Positions 15,001 to 28,900 of a stretch of DNA of 64,000 bases are shown here, piece after piece; position 1 is the stretch's first letter, and every line of letters begins with the position of its first letter. The notes below the pieces were generated by a model. It was given only the letters and a program-made list of their open reading frames with translations. It was not told the DNA's origin and made no database searches. This DNA comes from the human T2T-CHM13v2.0 reference genome, Homo sapiens. The position numbers were made by a program, and so were the translations under genes. The stretch lies in NCBI RefSeq assembly GCF_009914755.1, contig NC_060939.1; one strand, 5' to 3'.

Positions 15001-18000
15001 TCGATTCCATTCCATTCGAGCACATTCCATTCGAGTCCATTCCATTCGATGCCATTCCATTTGATTCTATTCCATTAGTCTCCATTCAATTCCATTAATC
15101 TCCATTCCATTCCATTCTACTCCGACTGATTCCATTCCATTCTATTCCTTTCCATTCCATTTTATTCCATTCCATTCCATTTCATTCCATTCCATTCCAT
15201 TCGTGTCCATTCCACTCCAGTCCATTCCATTCGTGTCCATTCCATTCCAGTCCATTCCATTTGTGTCCACTGCATTCCATTCCACTCCATTCCATATTAT
15301 TCCATTACACTCAATTCCATTCTATTACTTTCATTTCCATTGAATTCCATTCCATTTGATTCCATTCCACTCGGTTTCATTCCATTTGAGTCCACTCCAT
15401 TCCATTCCATTCCATTCCATTCAGTTCCATTCCATTCTGTTCCATTCCATTCCGTTCCATTACATTCCATTCCATTCGGTACCATTCCATATTGTTCCAT
15501 TCGATTCCATTCGAATCCATTCCATTCCAGTCCATTCCATTCGATTCCATTCCATTCATTTCAATTCCATTCCATTCCATTCCATTACATTCCACTTGAT
15601 TCCTCTCCATTCCCTTCCACTGCATTCCGTTCGATTCCATTCCATTGCATTGCATTCCATTCCATTGGATTGCATTCCATTCGATTCCATTCCATTCGAA
15701 TCAATTACATAGCAATCCATTACATTCGAGTCTATTCTATTCCGTTCCATTCGATTTCGTTCCAATCCATTCGATTCCATTCCATTCGATTCCATTCCAT
15801 ACTATTGCATTCCATTCGATTACATTATATTCGAATAAGTTCCATTCAAGACCATTTCTTTTGAGTCCATTCTATTTGAGTCCATTCCCTTTGATTCCAT
15901 AACATTTGAGTCCATTCAATTCCATTCCTTTCGTTTCCATTCCATTTGATGCCATTCCATTCAATTCTGTTCTACTCGACTCCAATACATTCAATTCCAT
16001 TCCATCCGATTCCATTACATTCTTTTCATTTCTTATCCATTTCAAGCCATTCCACTCCATTCCATTCCACTCGTTTCCTTTCCATTCGAGTCCATTCCTC
16101 TCCAGTCCATTCCGTTCAATCCATTCCATTCCAGTCCATTCCATTCGAGTCCGTTCCATTCCAGTCCATTCCATTCGAGTCAATTCCATCCCATTCGATG
16201 TCTTTCCATAACGATCCATTCCATTCTATTCCTTTCGATTCCATTCCATTCTATTTCATTCCATTCGATTCCCTTCCATTGGACTCCTTTCCATTCGAGT
16301 GCATTCCATTCCGTTCCATTTCTTTCCGTTCTGTACGATTCCTACCGTTCGATTTCATTTTGTTCCAGTCCATTCCTTTCGCGTCCATTCCATTCCATTT
16401 CACTCCATTCGATTCCATTCCACTCGATTCCACTTCGTTCCATTTCATTGCATTCCATTCTATTCAACTCTATTGCCTTCCATTCCATTCCATTCGATTA
16501 CATTCCATGCGATTCCATTCGAAATCGAATCAATTACATTGCAATCCATTACTATTGAGTCCGTTTTATTCCAGTCCACTGCATTCTGGTCCATTCCATT
16601 TGATTCCATTCCATTCTATTCCATTCCATACAGTTGCATTCCATTGGATTCCATGCTATATCTATAAATTCAATTCGAGACCATTGCTTTTGAGTCCATT
16701 CTATATGATTCCATTCCATTCAAGTCCATTACATTTGGTTCAATTCCATTCCATTCCATTCCCTTCCATTCCATTCCAGTTGATATCAATCCATTCGATT
16801 CCATTCCATTCGAGCACATTCCATTCGAGTCCATTCCATTCGATGCCATTCCATTTGATTCTATTCCATTAGTCTCCATTCAATTCCATTAATCTCCATT
16901 CCATTCCATTCTAATCCAACTGATTCCATTCCATTCTATTCCTTTCCATTCCATTTCATTCCATTCCATTCCATTTCATTCCATTCCATTCCATTCGCTT
17001 CCATTCCATTCGTGTCCATTCCACTCCAGTCCATTCCATTCGTGTCCATTCCATTCCAGTCCATTCCATTTGTGTCCACTGCATTCCATTCCACTCCATT
17101 CCATATTATTTCATTACACTCCATTCCATTCTATTACTTTCATTTCCATTCAATTCCATTCCATTTGATTCCATTCCACTCGGTTTCATTCCATTTGAGT
17201 CCACTCCATTCCATTCCATTCCATTCCATTCAGTTCCATTCCATTCTGTTCCATTCCATTCCGTTCCATTGCATTCCATTCCATTCGGTACCATTCCATA
17301 TTGTTCCATTCGATTCCATTCGAATCCATTCCATTCCAGTCCATTCCATTCGATTCCATTCCATTCCTTTCAATTCCATTCCATTCCATTCCATTCCACT
17401 TGATTCCACTCCATTCCCTTCCACTGCATTCCATTCGATTCCATTCCATTGCATTGCATTCCATTCCATTGGACTGCATTCCATTCGATTCCATTCCATT
17501 CGAATCAATTACATAGCAATCCATTACATTCGAGTCTATTCTATTACGTTCCATTCGATTTCGTTCCAATCCATTCGATTCCATTCCATTCGATTCCATT
17601 CCATACTATTGCATTCCATTCTATTACATTATATTCGAATAAGTTCCATTCAAGACCATTTCTTTTGAGTCCATTCTATTTGAGTCCATTCCCTTTGATT
17701 CCATAACATTTGAGTCCATTCAATTCCATTCCTTTCGTTTCCATTCCATTTGATGCCATTCCATTCAATTCTGTTCTACTCGACTCCAATACATTCAATT
17801 CCATTCCATCCGATTCCATTACATTCTTTTCATTTCTTATCCATTTCAAGCCATTCCACTCCATTCCATTCCACTCGTTTCCTTTCCATTCGAGTCCATT
17901 CCTCTCCAGTCCATTCCGTTCAATCCATTCCATTCCAGTCCATTCCATTCGAGTCCGTTCCATTCCAGTCCATTCCATTCGAGTCAATTCCATTCCATTC

Positions 18001-21000
18001 GATGTCTTTCCATAACGATCCATTCCATTCTATTCCTTTCGATTCCATTCCATTCTATTTCATTCCATTCGATTCCCTTCCATTGGACTCCTTTCCATTC
18101 GAGTGCATTCCATTCCGTTCCATTTCTTTCCGTTCTGTACGATTCCTACCGTTCGATTTCATTTTGTTCCAGTCCATTCCTTTCGCGTCCATTCCATTCC
18201 ATTTCACTCCATTCGATTCCATTCCACTCGATTCCACTTCGTTCCATTTCATTGCATTCCATTCTATTCAACTCTATTGCCTTCCATTCCATTCCATTCG
18301 ATTACATTCCATGCGATTCCATTCGAAATCGAATCAATTACATTGCAATCCATTACTATTGAGTCCGTTTTATTCCAGTCCACTGCATTCTGGTCCATTC
18401 CATTTGATTCCATTCCATTCTATTCCATTCCATACAGTTGCATTCCATTGGATTCCATTCTATATCTATAAATTCAATTCGAGACCATTGCTTTTGAATC
18501 CATTCCATATGATTCCATTCCATTCAAGTCCATTACATTTGGTTCAATTCCATTCCATTCCATTCCCTTCCATTCCATTCCAGTTGATATCAATCCATTC
18601 GATTCCATTCCATTCGAGCACATTCCATTCGAGTCCATTCCATTTGATTCTATTCCATTAGTCTCCATTCAATTCCATTAATCTCCATTCCATTCCATTC
18701 TACTCCAACTGATTCCATTCCATTCTATTCCTTTCCATTCCATTTCATTCCATTCCATTCCATTTCATTCCATTCCATTCCATTCGTGTCCATTCCACTC
18801 CAGTGCATTCCATTCGTGTCCATTCCATTCCAGTCCATTCCATTTGTGTCCACTGCATTCCATTCCACTCCATTCCATATTATTCCATTACACTCAATTC
18901 CATTCTATTACTTTCATTTCCATTCAATTCCAGTCCATTTGATTCCATTCCACTCGGTTTCATTCCATTTGAGTCCACTCCATTCCATTCCATTCCATTC
19001 CATTCAGTTCCATTCCATTCTGTTCCATTCCATTCCGTTCCATTACATTCCATTCCATTCGGTACCATTCCATATTGTTCCATTCGATTCCATTCGAATC
19101 CATTCCATTCCAGTCCATTCCATTCGATTCCATTCCATTCATTTCAATTCCATTCCATTCCATTCCATTCCATTCCACTTGATTCCTCTCCATTCCCTTC
19201 CACTGCATTCCGTTCGATTCCATTCCATTGCATTGCATTCCATTCCATTGGATTGCATTCCATTCGATTCCATTCCATTCGAATCAATTACATAGCAATC
19301 CATTACATTCGAGTCTATTCTATTCCGTTCCATTCGATTTCGTTCCAATCCATTCGATTCCATTCCATTCGATTCCATTCCATACTATTGCATTCCATTC
19401 GATTACATTATATTCGAATAAGTTCCATTCAAGACCATTTCTTTTGAGTCCATTCTATTTGAGTCCATTCCCTTTGATTCCATAACATTTGAGTCCATTC
19501 AATTCCATTCCTTTCGTTTCCATTCCATTTGATGCCATTCCATTCAATTCTGTTCTACTCGACTCCAATACATTCAATTCCATTCCATCCGATTCCATTA
19601 CATTCTTTTCATTTCTTATCCATTTCAAGCCATTCCACTCCATTCCATTCCACTCGTTTCCTTTCCATTCGAGTCCATTCCTCTCCAGTCCATTCCGTTC
19701 AATCCATTCCATTCCAGTCCATTCCATTCGAGTCCGTTCCATTCCAGTCCATTCCATTCGAGTCAATTCCATTCCATTCGATGTCTTTCCATAACGATCC
19801 ATTCCATTCTATTCCTTTCGATTCCATTCCATTCTATTTCATTCCATTCGATTCCCTTCCATTGGACTCCTTTCCATTCGAGTGCATTCCATTCCGTTCC
19901 ATTTCTTTCCGTTCTGTACGATTCCTACCGTTCGATTTCATTTTGTTCCAGTTCATTCCTTTCGCGTCCATTCCATTCCATTTCACTCCATTCGATTCCA
20001 TTCCCCTCGATTCCACTTCGTTCCATTTCATTGCATTCCATTCTATTCAACTCTATTGCCTTCCATTCCATTCCATTCGATTACATTCCATGCGATTCCA
20101 TTCGAAATCGAATCAATTACATTGCAATCCATTACTATTGAGTCCATTTTATTCCAGTCCACTGCATTCTGGTCCATTCCATTTGATTCCATTCCATTCT
20201 ATTCCATTCCATACAGTTGCATTCCATTGGATTCCATTCTATATCTATAAATTCAATTCGAGACCATTGCTTTTGAGTCCATTCTATATGATTCCATTCC
20301 ATTCAAGTCCATTACATTTGGTTCAATTCCATTCCATTCCATTCCCTTCCATTCCATTCCAGTTGATATCAATCCATTCGATTCCATTCCATTCGAGCAC
20401 ATTCCATTCGAGTCCATTCCATTCGATGCCATTCCATTTGATTCTATTCCATTAGTCTCCATTCAATTCCATTAATCTCCATTCCATTCCATTCTACTCC
20501 AACTGATTCCATTTCATTCTATTCCTTTCCATTCCATTTCATTCCATTCCATTCCATTCCATTTCATTCCATTCCATTCCATTCCATTCCATTCGCTTCC
20601 ATTCCATTCGTGTCCATTCCATTCCAGTCCATTCCATTTGTGTCCACTGCATTCCATTCCACTCCATTCCATATTATTCCATTACACTCCATTCCATTCT
20701 ATTACTTTCATTTCCATTCAATTCCATTCCATTTGATTCCATTCCACTCGGTTTCATTCCATTTGAGTCCACTCCATTCCATTCCATTCCATTCCATTCA
20801 GTTCCATTCCATTCTGTTCCATTCCATTCCGTTCCATTACATTCCATTCCATTCGGTACCATTCCATATTGTTCCATTCGATTCCATTCGAATCCATTCC
20901 ATTCCAGTCCATTCCATTCGATTCCATTCCATTCATTTCAATTCCATTCCATTCCATTCCATTACATTCCACTTGATTCCTCTCCATTCCCTTCCACTGC

Positions 21001-24000
21001 ATTCCGTTCGATTCCATTCCATTGCATTGCATTCCATTCCATTGGATTGCATTCCATTCGATTCCATTCCATTCAAATCAATTACATAGCAATCCATTAC
21101 ATTCGAGTCTATTCTATTCCGTTCCATTCGATTTCGTTCCAATCCATTCGATTCCATTCCATTCGATTCCATTCCATACTATTGCATTCCATTCGATTAC
21201 ATTATATTCGAATAAGTTCCATTCAAGACCATTTCTTTTGAGTCCATTCTATTTGAGTCCATTCCCTTTGATTCCATAACATTTGAGTCCATTCAATTCC
21301 ATTCCTTTCGTTTCCATTCCATTTGATGCCATTCCATTCAATTCTGTTCTACTCGACTCCAATACATTCAATTCCATTCCATCCGATTCCATTACATTCT
21401 TTTCATTTCTTATCCATTTCAAGCCATTCCACTCCATTCCATTCCACTCGTTTCCTTTCCATTCGAGTCCATTCCTCTCCAGTCCATTCCGTTCAATCCA
21501 TTCCATTCCAGTCCATTCCATTCGAGTCCGTTCCATTCCAGTCCATTCCATTCGAGTCAATTCCATTCCATTCGATGTCTTTCCATAACGATCCATTCCA
21601 TTCTATTCCTTTCGATTCCATTCCATTCTATTTCATTCCATTCGATTCCCTTCCATTGGACTCCTTTCCATTCGAGTGCATTCCATTCCGTTCCATTTCT
21701 TTCCGTTCTGTACGATTCCTACCGTTCGATTTCATTTTGTTCCAGTCCATTCCTTTCGCGTCCATTCCATTCCATTTCACTCCATTCGATTCCATTCCAC
21801 TCGATTCCACTTCGTTCCATTTCATTGCATTCCATTCTATTCACTCTATTGCCTTCCATTCCATTCCATTCGATTACATTCCATGCGATTCCATTCGAAA
21901 TCGAATCAATTACATTGCAATCCATTACTATTGAGTCCGTTTTATTCCAGTCCACTGCATTCTGGTCCATTCCATTTCATTCCACTCCATTCTATTCCAT
22001 TCCATACAGTTGCATTCCATTGGATTCCATGCTATATCTATAAATTCAATTCGAGACCATTGCTTTTGAGTCCATTCTATATGATTCCATTCCATTCAAG
22101 TCCATTACATTTGGTTCAATTCCATTCCATTCCATTCCCTTCCATTCCATTCCATTTGATATCAATCCATTCGATTCCATTCCATTCGAGCACATTCCAT
22201 TCGAGTCCATTCCATTCGATGCCATTCCATTTCATTCTATTCCATTAGTCTCCATTCAATTCCATTAATCTCCATTCCATTCCATTCTACTCCAACTGAT
22301 TCCATTCCATTCTATTCCTTTCCATTCCATTTCACTCCATTCCATTCCATTTCATTCCATTCCATTCCATTCGTGTCCATTGCACTCCAGTCCATTCCAT
22401 TCGTGTCCATTCCATTCCAGTCCATTCCATTTGTGTCCACTGCATTCCATTCCACTCCATTCCATATTATTCCATTACACTCCATTCCATTCTATTACTT
22501 TCATTTCCATTCAATTCCATTCCATTTGATTCCATTCCACTCGAATTCATTCCATTTGAGTCCACTCCATTCCATTCCATTCCATTCCATTCAGTTCCAT
22601 TCCATTCTGTTCCATTCCATTCCGTTCCATTGCATTCCATTCCATTCGGTACCATTCCATATTGTTCCATTCGATTCCATTCGAATCCATTCCATTCCAG
22701 TCCATTCCAATCGATTCCATTCCATTCATTTCAATTCCATTCCATTCCATTCCATTCCGCTTGATTCCACTCCATTCCCTTCCACTGCATTCCATTGCAT
22801 TGCATTCCATTCCATTGGATTGCATTCCATTCGATTCCATTCCATTCGAATCAATTACATAGCAATCCATTACATTCGAGTCTATTCTCTTCCGTTCCAT
22901 TCGATTTCGTTCCAATCCATTCGATTCCATTCCATTCGATTCCATTCCATACTATTGCATTCCATTCGATTACATTATATTCGAATATGTTCCATTCAAG
23001 ACCATTTCTTTTGAGTCCATTCTATTTGAGTCCATTCCCTTTGATTCCATAACATTTGAGTCCATTCAATTCCATTCCTTTCGTTTCCATTCCATTTGAT
23101 GCCATTCCATTCAATTCTGTTCTACTCGACTCCAATACATTCAATTCCATTCCATGCGATTCCATTACATTCTTTTCATTTCTTATCCATTTCAAGCCAT
23201 TCCACTCCATTCCATTCCACTCGTTTCCTTTCCATTCGAGTCCATTCCTCTCCAGTCCATTCCGTTCAATCCATTCCATTCCAGTCCATTCCATTCGAGT
23301 CCGTTCCATTCCAGTCCATTCCATTCGAGTCAATTCCATTCCATTCGATGTCTTTCCATAACGATCCATTCCATTCTATTCCTTTCGATTCCATTCCATT
23401 CTATTTCATTCCATTCGATTCCCTTCCATTGGACTCCTTTCCATTCGAGTGCATTCCATTCCGTTCCATTTCTTTCCGTTCTGTACGATTCCTACCGTTC
23501 GATTTCATTTTGTTCCAGTCCATTCTTTCGCGTCCATTCCATTCCATTTCACTCCATTCGATTCCATTCCACTCGATTCCACTTCGTTCCATTTCATTGC
23601 ATTCCATTCTATTCAACTCTATTGCCTTCCATTCCATTCCATTCGATTACATTCCATGCGATTCCATTCGAAATCGAAACAATTACATTGCAATCCATTA
23701 CTATTGAGTCCGTTTTATTCCAGTCCACTGCATTCTGGTCCATTCCATTTGATTCCATTCCATTCTATTCCATTCCATACAGTTGCATTCCATTGGATTC
23801 CATGCTATATCTATAAATTCAATTCGAGACCATTGCTTTTGAGTCCATTCTATATGATTCCATTCCATTCAAGTCCATTACATTTGGTTCAATTCCATTC
23901 CATTCCATTCCCTTCCATTCCATTCCAGTTGATATCAATCCATTCGATTCCATTCCATTCGAGCACATTCCATTCGAGTCCATTCCATTCGATGCCATTC

Positions 24001-25900
24001 CATTTGATTCTATTCCATTAGTCTCCATTCAATTCCATTAATCTCCATTCCATTCCATTCTACTCCAACTGATTCCATTCCATTCTATTCCTTTCCATTC
24101 CATTTTATTCCATTCCATTCCATTTCATTCCATTCCATTCCATTCGTGTCCATTCCACTCCAGTCCATTCCATTCGTGTCCATTCCATTCCAGTCCATTC
24201 CATTTGTGTCCACTGCATTCCATTCCACTCCATTCCATATTATTCCATTACACTCAATTCCATTCTATTACTTTCATTTCCATTGAATTCCATTCCATTT
24301 GATTCCATTCCACTCGGTTTCATTCCATTTGAGTCCACTCCGTTCCATTCCATTCCATTCCATTCAGTTCCATTCCATTCTGTTCCATTCCATTCCGTTC
24401 CATTACATTCCATTCCATTCGGTACCATTCCATATTGTTCCATTCGATTCCATTCGAATCCATTCCATTCCAGTCCATTCCATTCGATTCCATTCCATTC
24501 ATTTCAATTCCATTCCATTCCATTCCATTACATTCCACTTGATTCCTCTCCATTCCCTTCCACTGCATTCCGTTCGATTCCATTCCATTGCATTGCATTC
24601 CATTCCATTGGATTGCATTCCATTCGATTCCATTCCATTCGAATCAATTACATAGCAATCCATTACATTCGAGTCTATTCTATTCCGTTCCATTCGATTT
24701 CGTTCCAATCCATTCGATTCCATTCCATTCGATTCCATTCCATACTATTGCATTCCATTCGATTACATTATATTCGAATAAGTTCCATTCAAGACCATTT
24801 CTTTTGAGTCCATTCTATTTGAGTCCATTCCCTTTGATTCCATAACATTTGAGTCCATTCAATTCCATTCCTTTCGTTTCCATTCCATTTGATGCCATTC
24901 CATTCAATTCTGTTCTACTCGACTCCAATACATTCAATTCCATTCCATCCGATTCCATTACATTCTTTTCATTTCTTATCCATTTCAAGCCATTCCACTC
25001 CATTCCATTCCACTCGTTTCCTTTCCATTCGAGTCCATTCCTCTCCAGTCCATTCCGTTCAATCCATTCCATTCCAGTCCATTCCATTCGAGTCCGTTCC
25101 ATTCCAGTCCATTCCATTCGAGTCAATTCCATCCCATTCGATGTCTTTCCATAACGATCCATTCGATTCTATTCCTTTCGATTCCATTCCATTCTATTTC
25201 ATTCCATTCGATTCCCTTCCATTGGACTCCTTTCCATTCGAGTGCATTCCATTCCGTTCCATTTCTTTCCGTTCTGTACGATTCCTACCGTTCGATTTCA
25301 TTTTGTTCCAGTCCATTCCTTTCGCGTCCATTCCATTCCATTTCACTCCATTCGATTCCATTCCACTCGATTCCACTTCGTTCCATTTCATTGCATTCCA
25401 TTCTATTCAACTCTATTGCCTTCCATTCCATTCCATTCGATTACATTCCATGCGATTCCATTCGAAATCGAATCAATTACATTGCAATCCATTACTATTG
25501 AGTCCGTTTTATTCCAGTCCACTGCATTCTGGTCCATTCCATTTGATTCCATTCCATTCTATTCCATTCCATACAGTTGCATTCCATTGGATTCCATGCT
25601 ATATCTATAAATTCAATTCGAGACCATTGCTTTTGAGTCCATTCTATATGATTCCATTCCATTCAAGTCCATTACATTTGGTTCAATTCCATTCCATTCC
25701 ATTCCCTTCCATTCCATTCCAGTTGATATCAATCCATTCGATTCCATTCCATTCGAGCACATTCCATTCGAGTCCATTCCATTCGATGCCATTCCATTTG
25801 ATTCTATTCCATTAGTCTCCATTCAATTCCATTAATCTCCATTCCATTCCATTCTACTCCAACTGATTCCATTCCATTCTATTCCTTTCCATTCCATTTC
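1..25900 (+). repeat. Higher-order super-repeat of five 1.8-kb variant units (order E-A-B-C-D), about 2.8 copies; first copy carries an extra D unit
   Basis: EcoRI variant GAATTC occurs at 2848, 13600, 22543 (type A) and 4590, 15342, 24285 (type B). Both series have spacings of 10,752 then 8,943 bp. The unit-length pair 1773/1793 recurs at 1588, 12340 and 21283. E markers (CAGTTCATTCC, CCCCTCGA) occur near 260, 10990 and 19950. The right boundary is approximate. Confidence 0.85.
6677..10294 (+). repeat. Recent 1,789-bp tandem duplication of one unit-length segment
   Basis: Private variants recur 1,789 bp apart: GGACTGC at 6714/8503, TATTACGTT, TTGAATCCATTCCATATG, CAGTGCATT, CAATTCCAGTCC and CGATACCATT. 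Boundaries are approximate and taken from flanking mismatches. Confidence 0.8.
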
Positions 25901-28900
25901 ATTCCATTCCATTCCATTTCATTCCATTCCATTCCATTCGCTTCCATTCCATTCGTGTCCATTCCACTCCAGTCCATTCCATTCTTGTCCATTCCATTCC
26001 AGTCCATTCCATTTGTGTCCACTGCATTCCATTCCACTCCATTCCATATTATTCCATTACACTCCATTCCATTCTATCACTTTCATTTCCATTCAATTCC
26101 ATTCCATTTGATTCCATTCCACTCGGTTTCATTCCATTTGAGTCCACTCCATTCCATTCCATTCAATTCCATTCAGTTCCATTCCATTCTGTTCCATTCC
26201 ATTCCGTTCCATTACATTCCATTCCATTCGGTACCATTCCATATTGTTCCATTCGATTCCATTCGAATCCATTCCATTCCAGTCCATTCCATTCGATTCC
26301 ATTCCATTCATTTCAATTCCATTCCATTCCATTCCATTCCATTCCACTTGATTCCTCTCCATTCCCTTCCACTGCATTCCGTTCGATTCCATTCCATTGC
26401 ATTGCATTCCATTCCATTGGATTGCATTCCATTCGATTCCATTCCATTCGAATCAATTACATAGCAGTCCATTACATTCGAGTCTATTCTATTCCGTTCC
26501 ATTCGATTTCGTTCCAATCCATTCGATTCCATTCCATTCGGTTCCATTCCATACTATTGCATTCCATTCGATTACATTATATTCGAATAAGTTCCATTCA
26601 AGACCATTTCTTTTGAGTCCATTCTATTTGAGTCCATTCCCTTTGATTCCATAACATTTGAGTCCATTCAATTCCATTCCTTTCGTTTCCATTCCATTTG
26701 ATGCCATTCCATTCAATTCTGTTCTACTCGACTCCAATACATTCAATTCCATTCCATCCGATTCCATTACATTCTTTTCATTTCTTATCCATTTCAAGCC
26801 ATTCCACTCCATTCCATTCCACTCGTTTCCTTTCCATTCGAGTCCATTCCGTTCAATCCATTCCATTCCAGTCCATTCCATTCGAGTCCGTTCCATTCCA
26901 GTCCATTCCATTCGAGTCAACTCCATCCCATTCGATGTCTTTCCATAACGATCCATTCCATTCTATTCCTTTCAATTCCATTTCATTCTATTTCATTCCA
27001 TTCGATTCCCTTCCATTGGACTCCTTTCCATTCGAGTGCATTCCATTCCGTTCCATTTCTTTCCGTTCTGTACGATTCCTACCGTTCGATTTCATTTTGT
27101 TCCAGTCCATTCCTTTCGCGTCCATTCCATTCCATTTCACTCCATTCGATTCCATTCCACTCGATTCCACTTCGTTCCATTTCATTGCATTCCATTCTAT
27201 TCAACTCTATTGCCTTCCATTCCATTCCATTCGATTACATTCCATGCGATTCCATTCGAAATCGAATCAATTACATTGCAATCCATTACAATTGAGTCCG
27301 TTTTATTCCAGTCCACTGCATTCTGGTCCATTCCTTTTGATTCCATTCCATTCTATTCCATTCCATACAGTTGCATTCCTTTGGATTCCATGCTATATAT
27401 ATAAATTCAATTCGAGACCATTGCTTTTGAGTCCATTCTATATGATTCCATTCCATTCAAGTCCATTACATTTGGTTCAATTCCATTCCATTCCATTCCC
27501 TTCCATTCCATTCCAGTTGATATCAATCCATTCGATTCCATTCCATTCGAGCACATTCCATTCGAGTCCATTCCATTCGATGCCATTCCATTTGATTCTA
27601 TTCCATTAGTCTCCATTCAATTCCATTAATCTCCATTCCATTCCATTCTACTCCAACTGATTCCATTCCATTCTATTCCTTTCCATTCCATTTCATTCCA
27701 TTCCATTCCATTTCATTCCATTCCATTCCATTCGCTTCCATTCCGTTCGTGTCCATTCCACTCCAGTCCATTCCATTCCTGTCCATTCCATTCCACTCCA
27801 TTCCATTTGTGTCCACTGCATTCCATTCCACTCCATTCCATATTATTCCATTACACTCCCTTCCATTCTATTACTTTCATTTCCATTCAATTCCATTCCA
27901 TTTGATTCCATTCCACTCGGTTTCATTCCATTTGAGTCCACTCCATTCCATTCCATTCCATTCAGTTCCATTCCATTCTGTTCCATTCCATTCCGTTCCA
28001 TTACATTCCATTCCATTCGGTACCATTCCATATTGTTCCATTCGATTCCATTCGAATCCATTCCATTCCAGTCCATTCCATTCGATTCCATTCCATTCAT
28101 TTCAATTCCATTCCATTCCATTCCATTACATTCCACTTGATTCCTCTCCATTCCCTTCCACTGCATTCCGTTCGATTCCATTCCATTGCATTGCATTCCA
28201 TTCCATTGGATTGCATTCCATTCGATTCCATTCCATTCGAATCAATTACATAGCAATCCATTACATTCGAGTCTATTCTCTTCCGTTCCATTCGGTTTCG
28301 TTCCAATCCATTCGATTCCATTCCATTCGATTCCATTCCATACTATTGCATTCCATTCGATTACATTATATTCGAATAAGTTCCATTCAAGACCATTTCT
28401 TTTGAGTCCATTCTATTTGAGTCCATTCCCTTTGATTCCATAACATTTGAGTCCATTCAATTCCATTCCTTTCGTTTCCATTCCATTTGATGCCATTCCA
28501 TTCAATTCTGTTCTACTCGACTCCAATACATTCAATTCCATTCCATCCGATTCCATTACATTCTTTTCATTTCTTATCCATTTCAAGCCATTCCACTCCA
28601 TTCCATTCCACTCGTTTCCTTTCCATTCGAGTCCATTCCTCTCCAGTCCATTCCGTTCAATCCATTCCATTCCAGTCCATTCCATTCGAGTCCGTTCCAT
28701 TCCAGTCCATTCCATTCGAGTCAATTCCATCCCATTCGATGTCTTTCCATAACGATCCATTCCATTCTATTCCTTTCCATTCCATTCCATTCTATTTCAT
28801 TCCATTCGATTCCCTTCCATTGGACTCCTTTCCATTCGAGTGCATTCCATTCCGTTCCATTTCTTTCCGTTCTGTACGATTCCTACCGTTCGATTTCATT

